This document shows, piece by piece, positions 53,347-64,000 of a DNA stretch of 64,000 nt. A program made the translations under genes and the position numbers. The notes under the pieces are model-generated. The model saw only the letters and a program-made list of their open reading frames with translations. It did not search any database and had not been told where the DNA came from. The DNA is from Lama guanicoe (Eukaryota). The stretch's first letter is position 1. The number at the start of each line of letters is the position of its first letter. The stretch is taken from positions 806,848 to 870,847 of the forward strand of contig MU054220.1 of assembly GCA_013239625.1 (NCBI GenBank), given 5' to 3'.

Positions 53347-54261
53347 ATGCCTCCGAAGAATGTGACTGAATTTGTTCTCCTGGGACTCACGCAGAATCCA
53401 CACCTGCAGAAAATACTCTTCATTGTCTTTTTGCTCATTTTCCTATTTACCATGCTGGCCAACCTGCTCATAGTCATTACCATCTCCATCAGCCCTGCAC
53501 TTTCAGCTCCCATGTACTTCTTTCTCACCTACTTGTCCTGCATAGATGCCCTCTTCAGCTCTGTCACAACTCCGAAAATGCTCATTGACCTGCTGCACCA
53601 GAAGAAAACCATCTCCTGGGGTGGCTGCATGACTCAGCTCTTTTTGGAACATTTCCTGGGAGGATCAGAGATCATCATTCTGGTTGTTATGGCCTATGAC
53701 CGCTATGTGGCCATCTGCAAGCCTCTGCACTACACGACCATCATGCGACAGGGGCTCTGCCAGCTCCTAGTGGTGGTGGCCTGGATTGGGGGAGTCCTAC
53801 ATGCCACTGTGCAGATTGTTTTTGCATTTGACTTGACCTTCTGTGGTCCCAATGTCATTGACCACTTCAGGTGTGATTTCTTCTCATTGTTGAAACTTGC
53901 CTGCAGTGACACCTACTGGCTTGGAGTGGTGGTGGCAGCCAACAGTGGGGGCATGTGTTTACTCATTTTTTTCATGCTACTCATCTCCTACATAGTCATC
54001 CTGAGCTCCCTGAAATCCCATGGCTCTGAAGGACGGCACAAGGCCCTCTCTACATGTGGCTCCCACTTTATAGTTATGATACTCTTTTTTGTCCCTTGTA
54101 TATTCACCTACACACGTCCTGTGGCCACCTACCCTGTAGACAAGTTGGTGACTATGTTCTTTGCAATATTCACTCCCATGTTAAACCCTATCATTTACAC
54201 AGTGAGAAACACAGAGGTGAAAAATGCCATGAGGAGTTTGTTGAAGAGGAGAGTAACTTAG
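53347..54261 (+). CDS. Olfactory receptor family 4, OR4C-like, open 304 aa with a shifted start
   Basis: OR motifs are intact, HFMCD reads HFRCD, and the ancestral ATG position reads CTG (53335-53337). Confidence 0.9.
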   Translation: MPPKNVTEFVLLGLTQNPHLQKILFIVFLLIFLFTMLANLLIVITISISPALSAPMYFFLTYLSCIDALFSSVTTPKMLIDLLHQKKTISWGGCMTQLFLEHFLGGSEIIILVVMAYDRYVAICKPLHYTTIMRQGLCQLLVVVAWIGGVLHATVQIVFAFDLTFCGPNVIDHFRCDFFSLLKLACSDTYWLGVVVAANSGGMCLLIFFMLLISYIVILSSLKSHGSEGRHKALSTCGSHFIVMILFFVPCIFTYTRPVATYPVDKLVTMFFAIFTPMLNPIIYTVRNTEVKNAMRSLLKRRVT

Positions 54262-56793
54262 GCTGTTCATGATGCCAAGAAACTGATGATTTATATACAC
54301 GGGAGGGTTATACATTTTGTAAATTCTGAAAAAAAATTAAGAAATTTTGCAGATCACTGACAGAAATAAATGGCTCAGAGACTAACATTTGTTGAGTGTT
54401 TAATATTGACTAGGCATTTATTAGGCATGTTGATGACTTGTAATGTACTTTACCAAAGATTTAATGTTTATAGCTTTAGAATAGCCAATGGGGAAAACAA
54501 CTATAAACCCCTAGTTTGATTGTAGAGTACGTTTCACTCCGGAGCCTTACTGCTACTTTACCAAATTTTTCATACATGTTTGTTGGATGAAATTGGATTT
54601 TCCATAGCACTTCATCTCAGAACTCTTGATTTTGCTTCTTCCTGGCAAAGCCAATAAGGGATAGAAATTCTTAGGTACGTACATGGGGAGGAAAAAGTTG
54701 TTTGAAAGAATCACTTTTGATTTTTACCCCCCTGCACTATGCATTTACCAAAAGCAAAAAGAGAGACCCCACAAAAGGAGGAAAAAATAATTCAAAATCT
54801 TTCTCTCCTTTCTATGTTTTCATAGAACAACAAATAAACCAGAAATTACAGATTGCTATTAATTTGGTTTTAAATAAACATCCCTATGGCTCACAATTTT
54901 TCTTGAATATAAAGAAAATGTTTACTTTTTTGATACCAAGACTTGAAGAGCCATTTGAAACAAAAAGTGTAAACTTACTTTCATCCAGTTAAACAAAAAG
55001 GTATATATTTATGTTCCAAAGTTATTACCCTATTGATCTGATGCATATTTTTACCCTGAATGAACACCTTACAATCTATCAAGTATATTCACTATCAGTT
55101 GATTCATCCATGCACTATACTGGTAATTCCATTATTAGGTTCCCAATTTTACAGAGAAGCAAATTGAAGCCAAGAGAAATTTAATAATAACTTGCCTCAT
55201 ATCACACATGCTTACCCCAGAAAGTGTGTCAGGAACTATTACACTGAAATGCACCTTCTTTTCAAAGGTTTCAGCTACAAACTTCCAATCTAGGTCTTTA
55301 AAACTCAGTCTTAATGAATCACAGTTGTCTCTGGTATGTTTCTGTTTATAGATAAGAAAAGTTACATGCAGTCTTAATGATTCATTTTGACCTTCCAGAA
55401 GATGTTGTCAAACTTGTTGTAGCCTTGCCTCATCTGTAGGTAATCATTTCAGCACTACAAGTTTTTCCTCTTTTTGAAATTTTGAGTTATGTCACTTCAC
55501 TTTTACAAAAGACCAACATTAATATGGCAACAAAAAATTTTTAAACAAACACCCCCTACTGATTTCTTTCAGTTAGTGAAAACAAGTCCTAATGTTGGCC
55601 TTCATAAGAGCAAAGTGGCTCAAGTGAACTTTTGGAAAGTGAGAGATAACTGCGGGTCTCCTCTATACATGTGGAGAATATTAGGTCATTCTATATTATT
55701 ACATAACTCTTTATAAATTAAAGCTTCTCTGATTACAGCACTCCAACTCATGTTATTTCTCACAAATATTTCTTCACAAACTTGCTGGTCAAATGGAGCT
55801 ACTTCTTTCCATAATTTGACAATACAGTAATGCCAGAGCATGGTACTGGGGCAACTGTGTTTACTAAGATGTGCATGGTTGTCCCAAATTCATAAGAAAC
55901 AGAACATGTTCTCCAAAATCTAAGCCTGGAAGATGATATGATCAGCACTGAATCTATAAAATGATCAAGTTTGCAATTGCTGGTGAGAACTAAACATTTC
56001 ATCAGAATCTAGAGTAAATGACATGTAGTTCATCTTGTCGTATGACTCTTAGAAAGGAGATGAGAGTAATCCAGGTGTAAGGACAGGTAAAGTATTCAGT
56101 AACTGTCATTTTTATTCTAGGACCAAACAGAGGATTTGAAGAGGGAAACTAAGGCCAATGGTTGTGTCTTAGAGGCTATAACAAGGGCTCACTGATGAGG
56201 AGCCAGGGGGTTGAAAAGATTACTGATGCAAAATAACAAGTTATCAAAAGCAAACTTGGAAGGTGTAAGAACTCACGGACGAAATGAAAGATCTTCTGGA
56301 GTTCCCAGCAATTAAAGTCTTGCTAATTTGTGAGTAAGTTTAAGTCCTGTTAAGATGTTTCTTTACATTCACCATCAAAAGTCTCTCCTGGGGACAAACT
56401 GCTATCTGATTATTTCTGATTCTTTAAAAACAAAACAAACAAACAAAAAAATATAAGGGAGTAAGTATGTTTCCTCTGAAATTAATGAGATGAATATTGT
56501 TTGGATATGTTGCATCAGGATACTTTGGTTTAATCTGGACTTTTAATTTAGTGAAAATATTAGGCATTAGTTGAGGGGATTGAGGTAATTATTGTTGAAG
56601 GCCAACCATAAGGCATACATTTTGATAGGTTCTTTACATACTGTAACTTTCTTAATATAGCAAAGGTATCATTAGTGACATTTTTACTCCATTTCATACA
56701 AGAAGAAAATTAGACTCAATGAAGTTAAGTAACAATATCATCTTTCAGACTTTATTTCCTGTACTCTTCCTACTTCACACTATTCCTTGATAT

Positions 56794-57395
56794 TGAAGTG
56801 GGAGGAAGGGGTGCAGAACACAACCACTGAAGGAATGACAGCAATTGAGGATGGGACAAACACGTTAGAATGAAGATGGTGGAAGGTTCAACTTCCCGTA
56901 GACCTTGAGCCTCATGGCATGCCCACAGGCACCATGACAATCTTTAGGCTGACAATAAAAAGTCAAAAAGTTGGTGTGTGTGTGGGGGGGGGGGTGTCCC
57001 AGAAATCCTCACCCCTTCCCCAAAGTAGTTGGAATAATCCTCCTGTTTATTAGCATATGAAAATGCCGAGTCCCTGAAACCTAACAACTCTGCACCTCGT
57101 GGTCACTGTCTCTCTTGTCTTCTGAGACGGCCCACACTCTCTCTGTGGAGTGTGTACCTACTTTCACTTTAAACTAAACGCCCCACACCCTTCATCTTCT
57201 CTCCCTCTCACCTTTCTGAGATGGCCCACATTCTGCTTATGGAGTGCGTATCTCCTAAGCTGTTTTCCCTTCAGAATGAGACAGACCCCTCTCTCTGTGG
57301 AGTGTGTATCTCTCTAAATAAACTTGCTTTCACTTTGCCATGCCTTGCTCTTGAATTCTCTCCTGTGCAAGGCAAGAACATGTTCTCCCACAACA
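56794..57395 (+). mobile_element. ERV1 solo LTR related to the provirus LTRs, with 4-bp TSD ATAT
   Basis: TG...CA ends, ATAT at 56790-56793 and 57396-57399, and AATAAA at ~57318. Similar to the reverse complement of 22491-23112 and absent at the paralogous site ~48290. Confidence 0.85.
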
Positions 57396-58214
57396 ATATC
57401 ACGATGTAAAAACACCAAAGCATGGATCTGATCATTGGCCACGTTGTGAAGATTGCTGTGGGGTGTTCTTCCCTTATTTATTTATTTATGTTTATGGGGG
57501 CTGGCTGAGGGGGTTTCTTCTCTTTAGCTACACATTGACTTCCATTTAACAGGCTACTTGCACTCTCTTGATTTCTCCCATGTCAGCGAAAAGCCATGGA
57601 ATGATCTCATTTGTGCAGATATACCACCCTTCATGGGCATCATGAAAAGTGGGATGTAACAGGCTCAAGAAATGAAATTCAAATGGTTGAATTTCAAAGG
57701 AGGTGACACTTGGGTGAAAGAGATACTTGGAGGAAAGGTGAGCCACTCAATCATCGAGGAGACTGATCCTCTATTTGGGACTGAGGGTAGCACCTTCAAG
57801 AGCTAAAGAGGTGCTACCTCCCTTGGGCTTTTCCCCTTGCTATCCCATTCTGTTAACATTTATTACTGGGAAAATGGCTCCATGGTCAATTCAGCTTAGG
57901 AAATTTTGACTTATTTAACCAAAAAAACTGTTCAGTGCCTACAATGGAAGAGAATTGTAGGAGCTGTATACGAGGTGAAATTATACAAACAGCATTGTAT
58001 TTTGTGTGGAAAGTAAATTCCAGTAGGGAATAGATGGGTAATAAGCAGGTAAACAAACAAAGAAAAAAACAAAAATGTAATTTTGCTAGTAATGGATTTG
58101 ATAAATGAGAAACCTTGGGTATAGATTTGTGTAGTTGAAGCACCACAGAATTTCAGTTTGGTCAAAATTTAAATAAGCACATTAAACCCCTTCTATTTTT
58201 TAAAATGTTTGTTA

Positions 58215-58455
58215 TTCAAAACATGTATTTGATGGCAGTACTATCTCTCTCAAGTAGGTAAAAATGGTTCAGGGGGGTATGAACATTTTTTGCTGTATAT
58301 ATATTTATATATAATACACAGATATAAATAAATCATAAAAATAAGTTGTACATTTGTAGTATTACTATTTTAGAGGGTGAAGTGACTAAGGGTCTAAATG
58401 CCAAAAAAGCACCTTTGTGGGGCAATAGTGAAAAAACTGTTGAGGAATATTGCCT
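58215..58455. mobile_element. hAT-type DNA transposon remnant (MER96B-like)
   Basis: Resembles the reverse complement of MER96B as recalled from memory (aaaaatggttc..ggggg..gatata...ggggcaatagtgaaaaaa..gttgaggaatattg). Truncated paralogs lie at ~21205-21400 and ~37605-37795. Confidence 0.5.
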
Positions 58456-60619
58456 TGAACCGTGTCTAAATAATTAGGCTAGCATATGGGGTAGCTTTAG
58501 AATGTAAGGGCAATCTAAACAAAGAGGTTGGCCGGTCACCTGTGAGGATCATATTCAGTAAAACTGGAAGAGTCTTCCTTCTCAAGGGACTTCCCAGAGT
58601 GTACAGTCAAATATATCAATGGCCCAGTTGTAATCTAAAGGGTATTATTAAGTGTAAGGTATTGATAATTTTTACTTTTAAAGGTAGAAATTGAATGAAG
58701 GCTATAACCTTAAATATTTCTAAATTGAAAACAAATCATTTGATAGTACTAATTCTTATGCAGTGAGAAAATACTTATTTATTTTTCTGGCTAAGAAACA
58801 TTTTAAAATCCTTTATCATGGCAACTATCCTGCAGTTAGATGTCACACAATTTTAATAATAGCCTTGAGAGATGTAGAGAGAACCAGATTGGGTAACAGA
58901 AAAATTCAGTACTGGTACCAGCTAGGTGGCTGAAAACAAGTCCTACTGACTTTTTCATTTGTTAATACAGGGAGATGGATCATTGTGTGGCCATTCTTCT
59001 GTTGAAAAAGAGAGTTTAGTTGTGTAAAAAGTAAGTGAACTGTTAATACCATGATCTGGCTTTGAGCTGGTAGAGCATCGGGTTGGCATGGCTCCAGCAA
59101 AGCTCTGCCCGTGGGAGAAGTGGATCATCGCAGGGACGGATGGAAATTCACTGGTATGATAATTAGTACCTCAGTAGAGACACAGCCTCAGAGGGATGCA
59201 GTTGAAATGATGCAAGTCTGCACATGTCGAAATCCTGTGTCATTTGAAAATTCATCAAAAATAGTAGAAATCCTGGTTCTGTCAAAATAACTTCCCACTA
59301 AGTGTTTGGATGATTTGTTTCCCCTGTAAGTCCTGATTTACGCACGTCCATGCTTGGAATTGCTAAGTTGAAACTTTAATGTGTCATGAGTCTCACCTTT
59401 TTTGTACATAAAAGTTTATGTGAGTGCATCCTTGATGAGGTGAGGCCTTTGGTTACCCTGACTTGATTCTAGAAAATTTACTTGTACATTCTCGGCCTCC
59501 TACTTACAGGGACCATCAGATGGCTGGTTTTAGAGGTCACAGAGACCACATCATACTGACTTGTGGAGGTGATTTTAGAAATGTTTTGAGTATTAAACAT
59601 GATATTAGTAATTTGAAGTACTGTTTTGAAATCATTGAAATAATTGAATCACTTGTATGCATGCACAATTATATTTTAAATGTGTTAGTAGATCACCTTT
59701 TTTTTTCTGTATAAACAAATTTTAGCCTCGAGATGGAGAGCTTTGAGCTATCAACAGTCTTTAGCTTAACTCACATTCCTCTTGGTTGGCATTATGGAAA
59801 CTTAAGTGTTTACCTTTGGGACTCTATCCAGATTATGAGATTAGTAAATAAATGAGTTTGTTTATGTTTCAGAGATGATGTGTTAGGAAAAGGAGGAACA
59901 GGAGTAGCTGGAATGTATGGGACACTTCAAGACAGATTTTATGTTTCCCATTTTTTGAGCAATTTTCTCTGTGTATGTATTATATAAGTAATATATGTTA
60001 TAATAATACTATATATTGTATATATTTCTGTGTTCTTCTGGTACCAACTTCCTTTAACTTTATTCTTTCACTAGTCAGTTTTGGAAAGACTTTATGTGGT
60101 ATTTTTCTTCCTGTTTTGGTCAGTATATATTTATTATAATTATTTAATGAAACTAATACATTGAACTAAATATATATGTGCATGTATATATGTATAGACA
60201 TGTAAGTCAGTGCTATGGGTGATGCATTAGGTTGTTCAGGAACTAAGCCTGTTCCCTTTGGAAGCATTCCAAGACAGAATTAATTTTTATATCTACAAAT
60301 GCATATTAATTTTTGTCCAGGGAAAGTTCTACTGTAGGTAATTCCATGTCCACTCATCTTTCAAGGAAAGCGCAGTGAGTTAGAAAGACTAACTGACAGA
60401 AATAAGCCTGCAGAGCCCTGCACTGGAGACAGTCTTAGTGATGCACGTGCTCGGGGCGCAGGTCTTGTGAGCAGCACGGGGCACCACTGCTCCTTAAAAA
60501 CGACAACACGGGGACACTCCCTAAATACACTGCCCTCCCCTCCTGCTATCCAGGATTTTACTGAATAAATCATTTAGCGCCGTAAGAAATTTAGACACAA
60601 GAAACACAATCAACTCTAA

Positions 60620-60815
60620 AGCTGTCTCCTTGGATTCAAATCCAATATTTATTACTTGCTAACTGTATATTCTTAAGCACATTAATTATTTTGCTTTATC
60701 TCAGCCATACTGTATGTCTCATCATAGCTAATTGTGAAGATTAAATGAAAAAACATGTATAAAATATTAGCAATATTTCTAGTACGTAAGATATACTAAA
60801 TAATATATTATTGTT
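60620..60815. mobile_element. MIR SINE fragment
   Basis: tggattcaaatcc...ttacttgctaactgt...tcatagctaattgtgaagattaaatga. Confidence 0.55.
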
Positions 60816-61899
60816 AGGTTGAGTTAGATATTTAGATTGTGTATAGATTATATATCTCTATATAGATATTGCATTGCATTTAACTTAGCTTCATCTGGAG
60901 GCCAAAATTCATTGTTTATGTCACAGTGAAATTCTATGAATGAATGATTAAGTGAATGTAAATTAAAATGATTTAAATTTTTACCTCATTTTTTTTGAAA
61001 TATATACAATGTTGATAATATTTAGTGTCTGTAAGGCTGTGGGGAAAATTATTCTTTAATACACAATTTATGGGAATGAAAGATGCTTCAGGATTTTGAG
61101 AGCAGTGTTACAGAATCTGCCAAATTTAAATCTATGCGTATTTGTTTTGTTTGGAGACAACATAGAGTTCTCCAACAGCAATATTCAAACAAGCAAGTAG
61201 TGATTTCTGTAAGTGATGTTCATCGTAACCCTGTGTATAAGGCAAACTATTAGAATAAATTTTGAGCAAACATGGACTTGTTAAAGGAATTATGTGGTAA
61301 AATGGAATGATATGTAGCAATTAAAATGAAGGAAAAATCATAAGTATTGACAAATAGTGCCCATACAAAGTGCAACTAGAATTTCAAATGCATTATTATG
61401 TATGTATTTACTGTTACATAGAGTAAAACACATACATGACTGTGTATATACCTACATACAAACGCACCTCTAAAGAGTGTTCACTAAGTTGCTAACAGAG
61501 GGTTGAATAAGAATGAGCACTTATGGTTGGGAGAGGTTCTTGGACTTTAAATTTCTGTCACTCTATCTACCTATATAAACTATGTTCCTTGGGTCCATTT
61601 TAAATTTACTTTAAATTTTTATAAAAGTGCATTATTTTTATTTGAACTATTCTACTTTTTGTTAAAATTGTGTTTTAGAAAACAAGTTCGGAAGAATTTT
61701 CTTTTCAAGTCAGTTCAAAAACCTATATGTTGCCAAGTGTGGAGGAGTCATTGGGCTGATACCCTGCTGGCCCTGGAGCATTTAATGCAAACATATGTCA
61801 ACACATGGTCCAAAGGCAAGGGACCTGTTTTAAAATAGTTTGTGGTCTGTAGCATTCTTCTCATGCTGGGAAAAAAAAATAAGGAAGCCAATCTAAGCC

Positions 61900-62100
61900 T
61901 TTTATGTTTATAAAATCACTTTATCTTTACAACAAAATTGCACAATAGGTGGCATTTTTTTTTCATTTTATAGAGAATGAAAGCGAGGCACAGAGTGGTT
62001 GTCTGACTTATTACAGGTACTCGAAACAAAGAAGCAACTCTAATGTGAAAATTCAAGAATTTACATAGGTTTCTTTAGGATTATGGCTTTTACTACCCAT
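61900..62100. mobile_element. MIR SINE fragment
   Basis: tctttacaaca...cattttatagagaatgaaagcgaggcacagagtggtt. Confidence 0.55.
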
Positions 62101-63639
62101 TTTTAACTGAACTCCAGTCTGGCCGGGTGCATGTACTCAAGACCCTTCATACCTGGGATTAATAGGTGGAAATGTGACCAAGTTTTATGAGACATACAAA
62201 ATGTGCCAGGCCATTATACTACTTAATAAACACTTAAACTAATATAAGTTCACATTCTTATTACATTTTAAAGTTTAAAAGTTTGAATATTAAAATTTAA
62301 GCTATAATTCTAGGAACTGAATGTTTAATACCACAACTCTGAAAAGCAACTGAGATTTAGAGGAATAAATAACTTCTGGTTAATTATATCCCTGGAAGGT
62401 CCATAATGAAACCCAGGTTTTCTGATGTCAAAAGGCCCTGAATTTTGAATCTGCACCATGTTTCCCCTTCTTTCTTCATGCCTTGTTCATACTGTTGTCT
62501 TTCTTGTTCAGTTTCTAAATTTACAAATTTCTAATTTTCTCAATGCTCATGTCAAGGATTAGCTCATTTCATCTTTTTTGAAGATTGTAGATCATACTGG
62601 TATTTTCCCTTCTGGAACTTATTTTGTACATGCATTGTTTCAGGAGTGCTCATGCAGTCTTGTTTCCCTCTTTATGGAGAAGGCATTGCCTTGAAACTTT
62701 TGCATTAATAGACATGCTATGAAACAGAAATATATACAGTCTAGGTAATAATTAGACAATTGATGAAATGTAATTCCTCACTTCTTTATATGAGCAGACT
62801 TTTGAGCAATGGCATTTCACAGGAACACTGGAAAGAAACAGACAACATCACAAAGAGGATCCGAAGGCAGTGATTCAACACACAACTGGGAGTCCGGTTA
62901 TGGTCCAGCTCTTGGTTTTGTCTAAAACATGTCTAGGGATAAAAATGGTAAAGATGGAAGATGCGAAATGGGATTCTGAGCCTCACTGTCAGACGAATGG
63001 CAGCCAGGCTTTGAGAACAGCACTCAGTTCTGGAGACAAGCAGGCACCACTTTGCTTGGGTGCCATGGCTCAGTGAAGTTTTCTGTACATGAATTCAATT
63101 TCATGGATTTATATACATGTAATTAAATAATTGGTATGCACATAGCACACCATTCAAAACTTTGTGGAAAGATAATCAATTAGTCATCCCTAAGCATCCA
63201 CTTAAGGAGTTAAAACTGATATGAAAATTGTCCTTGAAAATACCCTGATTTTTCAAGAATATTTCCTTGAAGGGCTATTAACATTTTTTTTTTAATTTCT
63301 TGGGCTAGATATGGGAGAGGCTGGAGTTAATCTAAACTGCAGATTTGCAAAGTGTCCTGGAAAATATATCCTTTGTTTAATAAGAGAAATGAGTCTAAGA
63401 ATGGGTCTTTGAGTGGTTAGAAGTCTCTTAGAGAACCTGTAGCTTATATCCCCATTTAAAATAATGATCTCACCTACATTCTCACCAAGGGACAGACAGC
63501 CTCTGCTTAAGTATCCCAAGCAAAGAGAACTTTGCCACTGAACCAGTTCTTTTACCACATCATTTGACTTTAATAACACTTGTATTTATCCAGTTAAGGC
63601 CATTGTTCACTATTCATTGGTATGGTGTAACACTTAGAA

Positions 63640-63852
63640 TTTGTGATTCAAAATGAGATTACCTGGATTTGTAATCTCCACATATTTCAGAAGAGAAGCA
63701 TTATGTGTCTGAGCTTTAGTGTCCTCATCCTCAGGGTAAGATTTGTGATAGTACCCATCCCATGTGTGATAAAAAGATGTAATAATGCAAATAGCAGGCC
63801 AAGCAACTTGCTGGTACCTAGGGAGTACAAAATAAATGAGTCATGTTTTATT
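63640..63852. mobile_element. MIR SINE fragment
   Basis: tctgagctttagtgtcctcatc...gatagtacccatcccatg...agatgtaataatgca. Confidence 0.5.
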
Positions 63853-64000
63853 GCTTTTTTCATTATTATTTAGAATCCTTTGTTTCATCTGGGTGTGGCT
63901 CTACACAAGAGAAAAATGGAATAAATGATTGACACTGATTCAAGCTTATCTGCAGGGATGAACATGTTCTTCAGAATTATCATTGGATTTCTCATTGAAT

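Larger units (their letters stand above)
49815..59240 (+). repeat. Tandem segmental-duplication unit 4 (carries gene 53347)
   Basis: 49815-54260 matches 41730-45776, 54262-57470 matches 45777-48375, and 58260-59240 matches 21205-22190. Confidence 0.8.

Noticed and set aside
20162..53912. Recurrent antisense ORFs ([10 protein letters not shown]..., MSLQASFN...) over each OR4C paralog
   Set aside because: They are reverse-strand shadows of conserved OR codons. Their recurrence follows from paralogy, not from a separate gene
62370..63560. Possible OR enhancer (Lhx2/EBF composite) in the gene-free right end
   Set aside because: Only scattered weak motifs (for example taattatatccctggaag), indistinguishable from chance in AT-rich DNA without conservation or chromatin data
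1876..63873. Remaining 60-108 aa ORFs in intergenic and repeat DNA
   Set aside because: They are short and low-complexity, often start at non-ATG codons, and overlap L1/LTR/MIR relics with no coding signature

Overview
Mammalian genomic DNA, AT-rich and CpG-poor, from a family-4 olfactory receptor (OR4A/OR4C-type) gene cluster. The L1 3' ends look cetartiodactyl and, from memory, camelid-like; I saw no bovid or suid SINEs, so the taxon is an inference. The window holds six open single-exon OR coding regions. Two are OR4A-like (98-1027 minus, 12120-13037 plus) and four are closely related OR4C-like paralogs (20211, 36599, 44850, 53347, all plus) on tandem 7-9 kb duplication units. There is also one full-length OR4A-like pseudogene and one 5'-half OR fragment. 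A defective, env-less class I (HERV-W/ERV9-like) endogenous retrovirus with two LTRs and a tRNA-Lys primer binding site lies on the minus strand at 22491-30219, nested in another LTR. Solo LTRs, MaLR LTRs, L1, MIR and hAT fragments fill the rest. I did not find a convincingly new biological system. The most notable signals are patchwork exchange among the OR4C paralogs, a +2/-5 compensated frameshift, a start-codon rescue, overlapping out-of-frame uORFs in all four paralogs, non-canonical ERV junctions and a probable L1 3' transduction. All alignments were made by eye.
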